A stretch of 64,000 nucleotides of DNA, taken from positions 55,180,001 through 55,244,000 of the forward strand of contig NC_090341.1 of assembly GCF_035084215.1 (NCBI RefSeq), in the 5' to 3' direction. Position 1 is the first letter of the stretch, and each line of letters begins with the position of its first letter. Shown piece by piece: positions 12,085-24,650 of the stretch. The DNA is from Heptranchias perlo. Its lineage: Eukaryota. The notes under the pieces were generated by a model that was not told where the DNA came from, did no database searches, and worked only from the letters and a program-made list of their open reading frames with translations. The position numbers and the translations under genes were made by a program.

Positions 12085-13141
12085 TCACTCATTAACCATC
12101 TGATCACGCAGAGCCCTGGAAGACAGGGCCTGTATCTTGTTGCCGCCGCCACTTCCTCCCCCTCCACTTCCTGCCGGATAGGCAGTGGCAAGGGCTGTTC
12201 CCTCATAATGGCGAGGTTGTGCAGCACGCAACGACAAATCTTGATACCCGCTCAGCTGAGTACTGCAGGGCTCCTCCAGAGTGGTCCAGGCAGCAGAAGC
12301 CAACGGTGTACTCAATGATGTTCCGTGTGGCAGCATGGCTTTCACAGTAAGTCTGCTGTGCATGTTTGCATGCGTTCCAGACCGGAGTTAGGAGCCACTT
12401 CATGAGAGGATAACCCTTGTTGTCCAGCAGCCAGCCTTTGACTTGCCGTGCTGATTGAAATACAGGTGGCACATTGGGCTGCCGCAAAATGAAGGAATCA
12501 TGACTGCTGCCATGGTAGTGACCTGCATGATGTGCTGCACATGGCCGCACACTAGCTGCGCATTGAGGGAGCGGAATCCCTTTCAGTTTATGAATATGGC
12601 TGAGTTCTGATGTGGAGCATGCATGGCAATATGTGGTGCAGTCAATGGCACCCTGCACCATGGGGAAGCCTGCAATGCGAGCAAACCCTCATGCATGCTT
12701 ATGCTGCTTGCCTCTGGCAAGAGTGAATGAGATGAATCTATATCGGAGTGCATACGGAGCCTCAGTGCCCTCCCTTATGCAGCATTGCACTGCAAACAGC
12801 AAGATGTTGCTTCTATCTCTGGCTCCTTTCAGGCTGCCGCTGGAGCCGTAAAAATTAAGCGCCACAGTTACCTTGGCAGCCAAAGGCAATGCTGTCCTTG
12901 CCCTGCTCTGAGGCTGCGGCTAAAGCAGTTGACAAATTTCAGTCGACAAATTTCAGTCACAACCTCTTTAGTGAACCGCAGCTGTCTGATACACTGGTCA
13001 TCGCTGAAGTTGAGGTAAGATAATTGGTTCCTGAAGGCCCTCTTTCGATATGGCATCCTGCTGAGTGCCCTGCACCGCCGTCACCTCTGCCACCTCCTTC
13101 TCCTCTTCTGGCAGCTTGTCCTACTCTGCGTGCTCCCATTC
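12085..13141 (-). pseudogene. Harbinger DDE transposase pseudogene
   Basis: Frameshifted fragments in the correct order: YRKRAFR..YLNFSDDQCIRQLRFTK, PLAAKVTVALNFYGS, VQGAIDCT, GSSHDSFILRQ, GWLLDNKGYPLMKWLLTP, HAATRNIIE, LHNLA. Confidence 0.88.
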
Positions 13142-13784
13142 ATGTTCAATTCTCAGAGGAAGCCCTAGCAGGCCACCCATGCCTGGAAGCAGCTTTGATT
13201 GGCACACTATTTTAAATGCCACTAACAGTACTGCAAGACCAGCCAAACCACTCTATAGAATATTGCAACTTTCTCCAAGTATAGGAAACTTCCAAAAACA
13301 CCTACAATTGTACCAGCAGCCAGATTAACTAATCCAGCAACTAACCTGTAACTCCAGCATGATCCCTTTGGTGGGGGGTCCTTCATGCCATTTAAGTCCT
13401 GTTCAGCTATGCAAGGTTAAGACACTGCATTGGCTGGAGCGTGGAGTTCCAAAATACCGCCGGCTGCTTCAAATCAGTTTTGCACACTGATTCACGTCAT
13501 AATCTCCCTACTCTACATGCTGCTGCCGTTCGTTAGATGCGCGTGTGCAACCACCTTTACCAAGATGGCGACCTACGCACTTCACGTCGGAAGTGTGCGC
13601 GCATCTCGGATGCCATTTTCGGGGCTTAGGAGTCCACGTAGCGCCTACAATACGGGCGCTGCATGGCCCAATTTCACCTCCGATTTATTTTATACTACTA
13701 TAAAAGACGCTAAATAACCCATTTAGTATTTCAGTCTGGTGCAAAAGTGTGTCTGACATTAATCATTCCTCGGAAGTATCATGT

Positions 13785-13870
13785 TTTGTCTGATAATGCT
13801 CCTGTGAAGCGCCATGGGACGTTTTATTACGTTAAAGGCACTATATAAATGCAAGTTGTTGTTGCTGTTG
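13785..13870 (+). repeat. L2/SINE 3' tail fragment
   Basis: cctgtgaagcgccatgggacgttttattacgttaaaggcactatataaatgcaagttgttgttg is a typical L2-type tail and recurs elsewhere in the window. Confidence 0.65.
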
Positions 13871-14149
13871 GGATGGGTACGTAGGATATAGTACATAGGA
13901 TTCTTCCTGAGACAACAAACAGGTCTATTGCTTGCCCAGGGCACGCTATCCCAGATTACTTTGCGCACTAGCTCACACTTAAGAGCACAGGGAATGAGAA
14001 TGCTTGCCTATGGTAACTGATTTGTGTGTTAGGTGTAACAAAAGCATCTAACAAGAGCGTGATTCATAATTATACCTGCCATCAGTGTGCCCACAGAAGG
14101 CTAACCTCACCGACCTCCTTCCCATCCCACTCAGCCCACCCACCACAGC

Positions 14150-14755
14150 CCCCTTGGACTGCCAGCAGAATCAATAACCACTGCCCCTCTCTGCATTTCC
14201 TTCAGAATGACTGCTCATTGAAATATATAAGATTCTTAGAGGGCTTGACAGGGTAGATGCTGAGAAGATGTTTCCCTAGGCTGGACAGTCTAGAACTAGG
14301 GGACATAGTCTCAGGATAAGGGGTCGGACGTTTAGGTCTGAGATGAGGAGGAATTTCTTCACTCAGAGGGTTGTGAATCTTTGAAATTCTCTACCCCAGA
14401 GGACTGTGGATGCTCAGTCATTGAGTATATTCAAGACTGAGATCGATAGATTTATGGACTCAAAGGGAATCAAGGGATATTGGGATCGGGCAGGAAAGTG
14501 GAGTTGAGGTTGACGATCAGCCATGATCTTAATGAATGGCGGCGCAGGCTCGAGGGGCCAACTCCTGCTCCTATTTCTTATGTTTCTTATTCACGCACAA
14601 GGCCCTTGCCACCCACCTTATTGTGGAAGATAGTATTGACATTGTGGCTTTGAGCGAAACTTGGATCATGGGTGACGACACTTTGCCCCTTACCGAAACC
14701 TCCCCGCCCATCTATTCATTCCACCACCTGCCGCTGCCTTTGTCTGGCGACTATA
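14150..14755 (+). mobile_element. L2 LINE endonuclease fragment interrupted by a CR1 insertion
   Basis: LHFLQNDCSL (to ~14220) rejoins THKALATHLIVEDSIDIVALSETW (from ~14592), matching the L2 APE N-terminus. Confidence 0.6.
14222..14590 (+). mobile_element. CR1 LINE 3' fragment
   Basis: YKILRGLDRVDAE..RTRGHSLRIRG..RRNFFTQRVVNL coding pattern and a tcttatgtttcttat tail. Confidence 0.9.
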
Positions 14756-14756
14756 T

Positions 14757-15306
14757 CATAGAATCATAGATAGAATCATAGAAGTTTACAACATGGAAAC
14801 AGGCCCTTCGGCCCAACATGTCCATGTCGCCCAGTTTATACCACTAAGCTAGTCCCAATTGCCTGCACTTGGCCCATATCCCTCTATACCCATCTTACCC
14901 ATGTAACTGTCCAAATGCTTTTTAAAAGACAAATTTGTAACCGCCTCTACTACTGCCTCTGGCAGCTCGTTCCAGACACTCACCACCCTTTGAGTGAAAA
15001 AATTGCCCCTCTGGACCCTTTTGTATCTCTCCCCTCTCACCTTAAATCTATGCCCCCTCGTTATAGACTCCCCTACCTTTGGGAAAAGATTTTGACTATC
15101 TATCTTATCTATGCCCCTCATTATTTTATAGACTTCTATAAGATCACCCCTAAACCTCCTACTCTCCAGGGAAAAAAGTCTCAGTCTATCCAACCTCTCC
15201 CTATAAGTCAAACCATCAAGTCCCGGTAGCATCCTAGTAAATCTTTTCTGCACTCTTCCTAGTTTAATAATATCCTTTCTATAATAGGGTGACCAGAACT
15301 GTACAC
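14757..15306 (-). mobile_element. CR1 LINE 3' fragment
   Basis: ORF 14849-15355 has VQFWSPYYRKDIIKLGRVQKRFTRMLPG...NFFTQRVVSVWNELP. (ATTCTATG)-type tail. Confidence 0.92.
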
Positions 15307-16297
15307 TGTTCTGTACCAGAATTTCTTCACCATCATTTTTTCTCTCATCCTTCATCTTTGCCTTTTAACATCTGCCCATCTTTTCCCCTCACCATCAATC
15401 TGCATCCTTCAATCTCATATCAGGCGTTCTTCCCAATTTCACACCCAGGTCTCACATGTCCCGACCTGTTTCAGTGGTAACGTTTATCAATACTGATCAT
15501 AGGACACAGGGATACAACAAAAATTTCCCAATCCCTCAGTTCTTCACAGATCAACATTGACTTCAGGTGGGGGAGGCCATGTGAAGTGCTATTAACTTTG
15601 ATGATGGCCACAACAAAGAAACAGAAAACTTTCGTCAAGCAGACAGTGCACAGTCCCATCCAGTGTTCCAGGGATACACTCGTTATAACGCACTGAATTA
15701 TGGACAATTCCAAAAATAAATAACAATTAGAAGCACGTGACAAGGCATTACAATACTGTAATGTTTTATACAATTCAATTGGTTTAAGACAACAATCTTT
15801 AACAATCAAATAAATATAATCAGATCAGCCAATGTCCTTTCTATGGATTAGAAAGTCATTTATTTACCAGTAATCTGCTCCTAAAAATATCCCTCCCCAA
15901 GGTGCCATAAAGCTTCAGGACTGTTGTCATATGTCAGATATATTATTATTTCCTTTGCATCAGGGCACTCTCACTACACAATTGAACTCAGTAAACCAAC
16001 ACTAATAAGAGAATAGAATTTCCTTTTAAATGCCATGGCAATTTGCCATTTATAACAAATAGCTGTCAGCAAGATGTGGTTGTACATTGTGATAGGGCTG
16101 TCCTCCAGAATTATAGAAAAAGCAACTTGTTATAATGAAGGGCAGATTATTGAGCATGTTTTCTCTAGTAGCAATTTGCACTTATATCAGATACCATCGA
16201 ACATCCAAGATCATCATCATGGGTGACACAACATGATGTACAATGTCTTAAGGCATTGGCTGTGGGTCTCAAATATGCCATCAGTGAAGGTGCTGAG

Positions 16298-17309
16298 CAT
16301 AGAACTATAGAAAAGATACCGCACAGAAGGGGGTCATTCAACCCATCGTGTCCGTGCCAGCTCGAAGAACAACCAGGTGCCCATTCTAATCCCACCTTCC
16401 AGCACCCGGTCCGTAGCCCTGCAGCTTACAGCAATTTAGGTGCAGGTCCAGGTACTTTTTTTTAAAAAAAGAGTTGAGGGTCCCTGCCTCTACCACCAAT
16501 TCAGGCAGCGAATTCCATACACCCACCACCCTCTGGTAAAAAAGTTTCTCCTCATGTCCCCTCTAACCTTCCGCCAATCAGCTTAAATCTATGTCCTCTA
16601 GTTCTTGAACTCTCCACTTGTGGAATCAGGTACTTCCTGTCTACTCTATCTGGGCCCCTCATAATTTTGTACACCTCAATAAAGTCACCCTTCAGCCTCC
16701 TCCGCTCCAAGGAAAACCACCCCAGCCTATCCAATCTCTCCTCGTAGCTGCAATTTTCAAGCCCTGGCAACATTCTTGTAAATCATCTCTGCACTCTCTC
16801 CAGAGCAATTACGTCCTTCCTGTAATGTGGTGACCAGAACTGCACACAATACTCCAGCTGTGGCCTAACCAGCGTTTTATACAGTTCCATCATTACATCC
16901 CTGCTTTTGTATTCTATACCTCGGCTAATAACGGAGAGCATTCCGTATGCCTTCTTCGCAACCTTATCTACCTGTACTGCCACCTTCAGGGACCTGTGCA
17001 AATGCACTCCAAGGTCTCTCACTTCCTCTACCCCTCTCAATATATTCCCGTTTACTGTTTGCCCTCCCTAAGTACATTACCTCACACTTCTCCGGGTTGA
17101 ACTCCATTTGCCACTTATCCGCCCACTCCACCAACCCATTGATATCTTCTTGGAGTCTACAGCTATCCTCTTCACTATCAACTACTTGGCCAATTTTTGT
17201 GTCGTCTGCAAATTTACCAATCATGCCCCCTACATTCAAATCCAAATCATTAATATATACCACAAACAGCAAGGGACCCAACACTGAGCCCTGTGGCACA
17301 CCACAGGAA
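16298..17309 (-). mobile_element. CR1 LINE, 5'-truncated
   Basis: PQGSVLGPLLF, KFADDTK, YKTLVRPQLEYCVQFWSP. Confidence 0.92.
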
Positions 17310-18042
17310 ACAGAAGCAGAGAGGCACTTTCTCTATACAGATACAAGGGAGAAGCCAAGTCTCTTGCTTACACTCAGCAGTTCAAATACCATAATGGAAG
17401 GGGATTGGAAACATGTCATCAGCAGATGTGCTAAGCAGGGAGCCACTTTGTCCATAGGGGTGGTGAGGGGAGCCAGATCTCTTTGGCCATATTAGGGGAC
17501 GACTATTAAGACACAAAAGAAATTGCTGCTTAAATGAAATTAAATACACCATAACTGTAGTGCAAGATTTTGGTGTGTTTTTATCTTGATTTTTAATCAT
17601 AGTTTTAATGACTATTCATAGTGGCAGAGGTGGTTAGGTCATTGCATCGTCATTTTTCTGTCGACAAGAACCTTGAGCAGGGCAAGGATGTTCCTACAGA
17701 ACACACTTCACTGCTGTGCCTGGAGTGAAGACAGCTCATTTACAGTATGCAGTGCCACCAGGCTGGTTGCTAAACCCAGCCAACACATGAACAGAGTGAC
17801 ATTAATATTTATGACATCTTAATAATCACATGATAAATATTCAACATACATAAGATTAACTTCAGTCTTATGCATTATCATTCTGTTCACAGAAGATTAC
17901 TGCAGCTAATAATCAATTCAGTCACCTGCACAGAAAACATTACATCCAACCAGGTAAATCAAACAGATGACATCCTGAACTGTAAGATCCCATAAATTGT
18001 TCATTCCAAACCATTTTTCAAAATACTTATGTAAAAAAAATT

Positions 18043-19990
18043 AGAATCACAGAAAGGTTACAGCACGAAAGGAGGCCGTTCGGCCCATCGAGTCCGCGCC
18101 AGCTCTATGCAAGAGCAATCCAGCTAGTCCCACTGCCCCACCCTTTCCCCATAGCCTTGCAAATTTTTGCCTTTCAAGTACTTTTCCAGTTCCCTTTTGA
18201 AGGCCATGATTGAATCTGCCTCCACCAACCCCTCGGGCAGTGCATTCCAGATCCTAACCACTCACTGTGTAAAAAAGTTTTTCCCTCATGTCACCTTTGG
18301 TTCTTTTGTTAATCACCATAAATCCATGTCCTCTGGTTCTTGACCCTTCCGCCAATGGGAATAGTTTCTCTCTATCTGTCTAGACCCTTCATGATTTTGA
18401 ATACCTCTATCAAATCTCCTCACAACCATCTCTGTTCCAAGGAGAATAACCCCAGCTTCTCTGGTCTATCCATGTAACTAAAGTCCCTCATCCCTGGAAT
18501 CATTCTAGTAAATCTCTTCTGCACCGTCTCTAAGGCCTTCACATCTTTCCTAAAGTGCGGTGCCCAGAACTGGACACAATACTCCAGTTGTGGCCGAACC
18601 AGTGTTTTATAAAGGTTCAAGACTTCCTTACTTTTGTACTCTATGCCTCTATTTATAAAGCCAAGGGTCCCTTATGCGTTTTTAACCGCTTTCTCTACCT
18701 GCCCTGCCACCTTTAACGATTTGTGCACATATACCCCCAGATCTCTCTGTTCCTGTTCCCCTTTTAGAGTTGCGCCGTCTAGTTTATATTGCCTCTCCTC
18801 ATTCTTCCTACCGAAATGTATCACTTCGCATTTTTCTGCGTTAAATTTCATCTGCCACTTGTCCGCCCATTCCACCAGCATGTCTATATCCTCTTGAAGT
18901 TTATCACTATCCTCCTCATTGCTTACTACCCTTCCAAGTTTTGTGTCATTTGCAAATTTTGAAATTATGCCCTGTACACCCAAGTCCAAGTCATTAATAT
19001 ATATCAAGGAAAGCAGTGGTCCCAGCACTGACCACTGTACACCTCCCTCCAGTCCAAAAAACAACCGTTCACCACTACTCTGTTTCCTGTCACTTAGCCA
19101 ATTCTGTATCCAAGTTGCTACTGCCCCCTTTATTCCATGGGCTGCAGTCTTGATGATAAGCCTACCATGCAACACTTTATCAAACGCCTTTTGAAAGTCC
19201 ATACACACCACATCACCTGCATTGCCCTAATCTTCCCTCTCTGTTACCTCATCAGAAAACTCTATCAGGTTAGTTAAACATGATTTGCCTTTAACAAATC
19301 CATGCCGGCTTTCCCCAATCAATCCATACTCATCCAAGTGACTGTTAATTCTGTCCCGGATTATCGTTTCTAAAAATTTCCCCACCACTGAGGTTAAATT
19401 GTCTGGGTTTATCCTTACACCCTTTTCTGAACAGGGGTGTAATATTTGCAATTCTGCAGTCCTCTGGCATCACCATGTATATACGGATGTTTGGAAGATT
19501 ATGGCCAGTACCTTCACAATTTCCACCCTTACTTCCCTCAGCAACCTAGGATGCATCCCATCCGGACCGGGTGACTCATCTACTTGAAGTACAGCCAGCC
19601 TTTCTAGTACCTCTTCTTGATCAATTTTTAGCCCATCCATCATCTCAACTATATCTTCCTTTACTGGAACTCTGGCAGTATCTTCTTCCTTGGTAATGAC
19701 AGATGCAAAGTACTCATTTAGTACCTCGCCATCCCCTCTGCCTCCATGAGTAGATCTCCTTTTTGGTCCCTAATCAGCCCCACCCCACCTCTTACTACCC
19801 ATTTACATGCCTGTAGAAGACTTTTGAATTCCCTTTTATGTTGGCCGCCAGTCTATTCTCATACTCTCTTTGCCCCTCTTATTTCCTTTTTCACTTCCCC
19901 TCTGAACTTTCTATATTCTGCCTGGTTGTCACTTGTGTTAGCAACCTGACATCTGCCAAAGCCCCTTTTTCCCGCTTCATCCAGGAAGCT
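18043..19990 (-). mobile_element. CR1 LINE, 5'-truncated
   Basis: HGFVKGKSCLTNLIEF, DFQKAFDKV, KFANDTK, LVRPQLEYCVQFWAP. Confidence 0.92.
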
Positions 19991-20951
19991 CTGGCTTTAG
20001 TTGCTTTATTTTCCTTTATTTAATTTAATTTCCTTTGTTTAGGAATTCGAATGTTGGATTTATAATACTTTTAAAATGGTCATTTAATAAGATTTTAAAG
20101 TTTAAGTAATTTACTTTGGCAAAAGTGGCTTTATTATGGTACTGTATTTCAAAAAGAACAAAACAAGCTCACCTAATGGAAGTAGAATGGGATCCTCCTC
20201 ACAAGGGCTCTTTAAATGAAACTTTCACAAAATAATTCATAAATCATAATGCAACCTGCATGATATTGAAATACCACTGAGGTGTGGCACTGGAGTGCCA
20301 TGTAATATCTCATCGTGCATACACTGAGGATGGGCCTAAATGACTGGCAAACATTGCCCCCTTCAGCAAGCATGTGTACAAGTTTCAACTTCTCAGCAGT
20401 TTGAATACGTATGGCTTGGTTAATGACACAATAGGCACTACAGCTGAAATCTCACTAGCAATGAATAAAATGTAATTATTTACGATATTAATATATACAA
20501 TTTAGGAACAGTATAATCACCTTAAATGTCTGCAATGACTGACCATTGATCAAAGCCTGTTTTAAAAGCAAATTATTCCAGTAAAATGGAAATGCATAAA
20601 TGGGAATTTCTCCCCTTTACACAGCATAGATTTAAACTCTCCTAGTATTTGTAAAATCCATTTTTGTTTGGATCAAAAGGGAATCTTTTGTTTCTTTTCT
20701 TTTGTAAAAAGAATTGTGCTTACCACGGCAAGAGGTGTCAGTGCTGGGAAATGGAATGCTTTTACTTTTTTGCCCCCACTTTTTAAAATCGAGCACTCCC
20801 AAGGCAAATAATAATATGGTTAGGCAACGGGATATCTCTCTCTATCCTTCGCAAAGAAGCTATACCTGAATTTCTAATAGGCGGCCCTAGTGGGCGAGGC
20901 TACTCCCTGGTAACTTGCAGTCAGCTAACGACCCTCATCACATTTTACAAA

Positions 20952-21062
20952 ATAAGGATAGGGCGGGGCAGTGGAACTAGCTGGATTACTCTTGCATGGA
21001 GCCGGCGCGGACCCGATGGGCTGAATGGCCTCCTTCCATACTGTAACCTTTCTCTATGATTC
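20952..21062 (+). mobile_element. CR1 3' UTR tail
   Basis: ggatagggcggggcagtggaactagctgga...tggcctccttcc..tctatgatt, as at 61700-61810. Confidence 0.8.
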
Positions 21063-21531
21063 ATCTTGCTAATGTGCCCTCATGGAAACCATTATTTTTC
21101 ACCTCCACTCCCTCCACAGCTGCTGTGGTTTGTACATTACAAGGACTAGCCCCAGTCCCTCACAGCAGTTTCATTCACTTTAATGATATCTGGCGCTTTG
21201 GACCAGCCTGTGGGCCAATCTGGACTGTCCAACTGCAGAAAAATCCACTGTCACTGTTCACCAAAAGGACTTGGACATAAACTATGATAAGAAGTGTTTT
21301 TTTTAAGCAAAAGCTGGTCTAAAAGGGTTCATTCCCCAAGACAGCCTCATGCTGAGCTGTGATTCTGTATGCAGACAAATAGTAATTATAATAAAAGATG
21401 GAAATTGTTTTTTTTCCAGAGACCAATCCATAGGCAATACATTAGCAATGTCTGATCATTCAGGAAGAAATCTAGCACCTTGATGTTGACAGGGAGAGAC
21501 GCTTTTAAAAAGATCAGAGGACAGACACACA

Positions 21532-21720
21532 GGCCTCGATTTTAACCGCCACCCCCCCCCCCCTCCACCGCGGGTGGGTTAAAATATCAGGATTGGGCAA
21601 CCCGACCCTATTTCTGCCCTTTTAAATTTTGAAATGCAGGAATCAGGCCATGGACCAGGCTCCCACTAAAGGCTGGCAGGTGCCTAATTAACATACCAAA
21701 GTCTCGGCCTGATGACATTA
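21532..21720. mobile_element. Harbinger-type terminal remnant / MITE end
   Basis: ggcctcgattttaa resembles the TIR gggcccgatttta. An internal hairpin attttaacc...ggttaaaat follows. The other end was not found. Confidence 0.35.
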
Positions 21721-22499
21721 TTGACGCCGCAACTTCGTCTTGCCTAGTGTTAACTCACAGTCTGCCTTCGGAGAGGTCGAAGGCGTGCACGTGCATGCAA
21801 TGCAGAGGTACAGTCCAGAACACAAGGGAGTTTCATTGTCACATTCCTGGGTCCTACGACCATACTAGTGACTTTGTAAGAGGTAGGTTTGAGGAAGTAA
21901 CTGACACCACTGGACCCCAGTAGCTAACTGCAGCAGACCCGAATTCATAATACCCTCTCACCAGCTGAATAGATGCAATTTCTCTTTAAAAAGGGGGTAC
22001 TGGAGCAAAAGAGACACTCCCGCTTCAAAAAGTGCCAGGGGAGAAAAAAAGAAATCCTTCCACCCACGTCAGAAATTGTGCGCAGTACTGTGCAATATAA
22101 GTAATTCTGTGTTGCTTGTTGGGAACAGTACTGGGTAAACTGGACTGGCACTACATTATTCATACACATGTACAGTACATTGATACAGAGCAGAGTCCCA
22201 CTTAGGCTCTTCAAGCCTGCCACCTCGCTACACAAGTATTTCATGCAACTTCAGGCTTTATTTTCTTGTCGTAGCAAGTGCTCATAGCTCACCCCAAAAT
22301 AGATTTCAAATAAAATCTCTCAACTCTGTCACCATCTGTCACATGGAAAAAGTGTACTTCTTTTTGATCTCCCATATTCTTTTAGTCGCACTGTTTATAC
22401 ATTTCACTCCCTGCACATGGCACTCTCACAAGCTGATGCCTGGCTCTCACCTTTCTGCCAATGCCCCTCTATATTTAAAGCTCAGCCCCTGGGGTGAAT

Positions 22500-22846
22500 C
22501 ACCAAGAATTTTACTTTCCTCCTGTCAGGATTGCACTGGAGTCTCCAGGAATTAAAGACTAATCTCCAAGACTCTGCTGCGAGCAACCCTGGAGAAAAAT
22601 CATAGGAGCAATAAAAATTATGGTTTATTTTTTAATTTTCTTTGAACACTTTTGTTTACTAATTATGAAAATACTGGAGATGGGTAAAAGACTATTTGAC
22701 TGACCGCCAAGAATCATCCAATCAGGTAAAGAAGAGTCTATTCGCTTTCCAGTCAGCGTGGAAGGCAGTGCGTTGCGAGTATGGAACGTGGGGGTGGGAA
22801 GTAATGTGATGGAACTTCCAGGAACAGGTCCAGAGTTGACAACCCT
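22500..22846 (+). mobile_element. Non-autonomous DNA transposon-like repeat (AGGGTTG[C/T]CAAC-type end)
   Basis: Ends in agagttgacaaccct. A related inverted copy at ~45940-46285 shares the ccaggaattaaagactaatc, catagg and ggagatggg blocks. Confidence 0.55.
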
Positions 22847-22889
22847 ACTCCCCCATCCCCCTTTTCCCAATCCTCACTGTGTTGAAAGC

Positions 22890-23030
22890 AAGATATTGTC
22901 AGACAGCTTCCTACACACATTCTTTCCACAGATCTCAGAACTGTGGAACTCCTTGCCTGTCTCGGTCTTCTCTTCCTACAATCTTCAGGCTATTAAAGTC
23001 CAAACTTGGTATCACCTAATCAGATTTCTA
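22890..23030 (+). mobile_element. Old LINE ORF2 C-terminal fragment
   Basis: SFLHTFFPQISELWNSLPVSVFSSYNLQAIK matches the FFP...WNSLP motif. Confidence 0.6.
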
Positions 23031-23659
23031 ATCTTTTCTATTCTTTTCAACCTTGATATTGCCCTGTGTTATGAGCCCTTCATCTAGGTTTTTTTAATGA
23101 AACAAAAATGTCGGGCACACACTCCTGTGCTATCACAGCTTTCTGGAGCATCAATGATCACTCACAGTAACTGCAAAAAAGCAGATCTTCAGTGCTGCCA
23201 CACCCAGATCTCACTGCTCTCATAGCTATCATAGTCTCTCCCCTGAACATCGACAAGTGAAAGCACAACAGCTGATATACTATGCACATGCCACAATGTT
23301 GTCTTTACTCCACATCATTTGATTTTGTCTGCGAACTATACTGCCCTTTGCAGACGAGGTAGGCAGCACTCAGTCGCTAATGACAGTCCGAATTCATCGA
23401 GCTGCACCCAGCAGGTGTCTTCACATATAACAGCCATAGCCCATAATGGGAGATCATACTGTTATGGGCAAGCTCTATCTTATCGACATACCACTGAAAA
23501 TATCACCACAACACCCATTCAGCCAATCTTTACCTAGCACCAGCACATTCAACCATTTGGCAATCTCTGCTACACACTCCCAGCAACACTTATTTACAGC
23601 CACACAATGGATTTAGTGAAAGCGCCAAACTGTTATTTATTTCAGTTCTTTGATATACC

Positions 23660-24024
23660 ATTATTATTAGTAATATTCTCATCAGGAGAAAAATCAGTTC
23701 TTGAATGTCTTATCGCCCTCCCACACAGAATTCACACTTAAATTAATTCATAATCAGAGGCTTTAGGTGTTAGTTCTACAAAAGAACACTACTCCAGATT
23801 AAGTATAAAGAAAAGAAACCTATATTCATGATCTATTCCTACTCATTAAATTATCCTCTTGAAAGTTCAACTGCTTATTATAGAGCCTGATATAATATAC
23901 AATGGGATGAGATCATTCTATCTGGAGTGCACCCAACAGGACACCGATATCCTGGGTTAAATTCCCATTTATAGATCTCAAAGACTTGAAATTTACATTT
24001 GCTTTTACTTCCTTGCCAGGCTGC
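23660..24024 (+). repeat. Unclassified ~370-bp dispersed repeat, copy 1 (homologous to ~41745-42139)
   Basis: Colinear shared blocks ATTAGTAATATTC, AATCA(G/A)TTCTT, CACACAGAATTC, AATCAGAGGCT, CTACTCATTAA..ATCCTCTTGAAAGTTCA, TCATTCTA, TAAATTCCCATTT and CAGGCTGC. Confidence 0.75.
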
Positions 24025-24234
24025 ATGTCATGATGGCTCTGACATCATATCTCATGGAACAGTATGGGTCTGCACTGAGTTTGATCAGAAGCGCAGGGTT
24101 TGTAATTCCTACACTGCACAGTCAATACAGTTTCTAGCAGCTGAATTAGCTGCGATACTAGGGTGTTGAGCTGAGCTAACATGTTTTAACACTGTCCAGC
24201 TTGTTGGCTTGAATAAAGTCCAATGTCAGGAGAG

Positions 24235-24510
24235 CAGAGAGATTAAATTTTCTCTGTGCGAATACCAGACTTCTTCGACTCTCTCCACAAACACTTCTTG
24301 CAGAGGATGGTAAATATGTGGAGCAGTCTATCCAGGAAGGCTGTGAAAGTAGAGGCTATTACAAATTTTAAGAGGGTGATGGATACATTTTTGATAAATA
24401 GGACTTCTGAGAAGTATCAGAGGTAAAATGGGGAAAGAAGCATCTGAACTGTAGGACCAGCCAATGGGTGGAGATCAGAATTTTTGATCTGGCATACTCT
24501 TATGTCCCTA
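24235..24510 (+). mobile_element. Old CR1 3' fragment
   Basis: HFLQRMVNMWSSLSRKAVKVEAITNFKRVMDTFL-like translation followed by a tcttatgt tail. Confidence 0.6.
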
Positions 24511-24650
24511 AGGAAATCTGGATCTTTTGGGGGATAGTTTAATTATGACCAGTGATGTATCATGGATAACCACAGTCGCCTGAAGCTTGATTGATTGTCT
24601 GAGGGAGTCACAGAGGAACTTCCCGGAGCTTTTCTGAAATTGGCCACAGA

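Larger units (their letters stand above)
9646..13681. mobile_element. Decayed autonomous PIF/Harbinger DNA transposon
   Basis: Convergent Myb/SANT (+) and DDE transposase (-) pseudogenes. Candidate degenerate TIRs gggggttatattg (9646-9658) and caatttcacctcc (13669-13681) match at 10/13. Confidence 0.75.
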
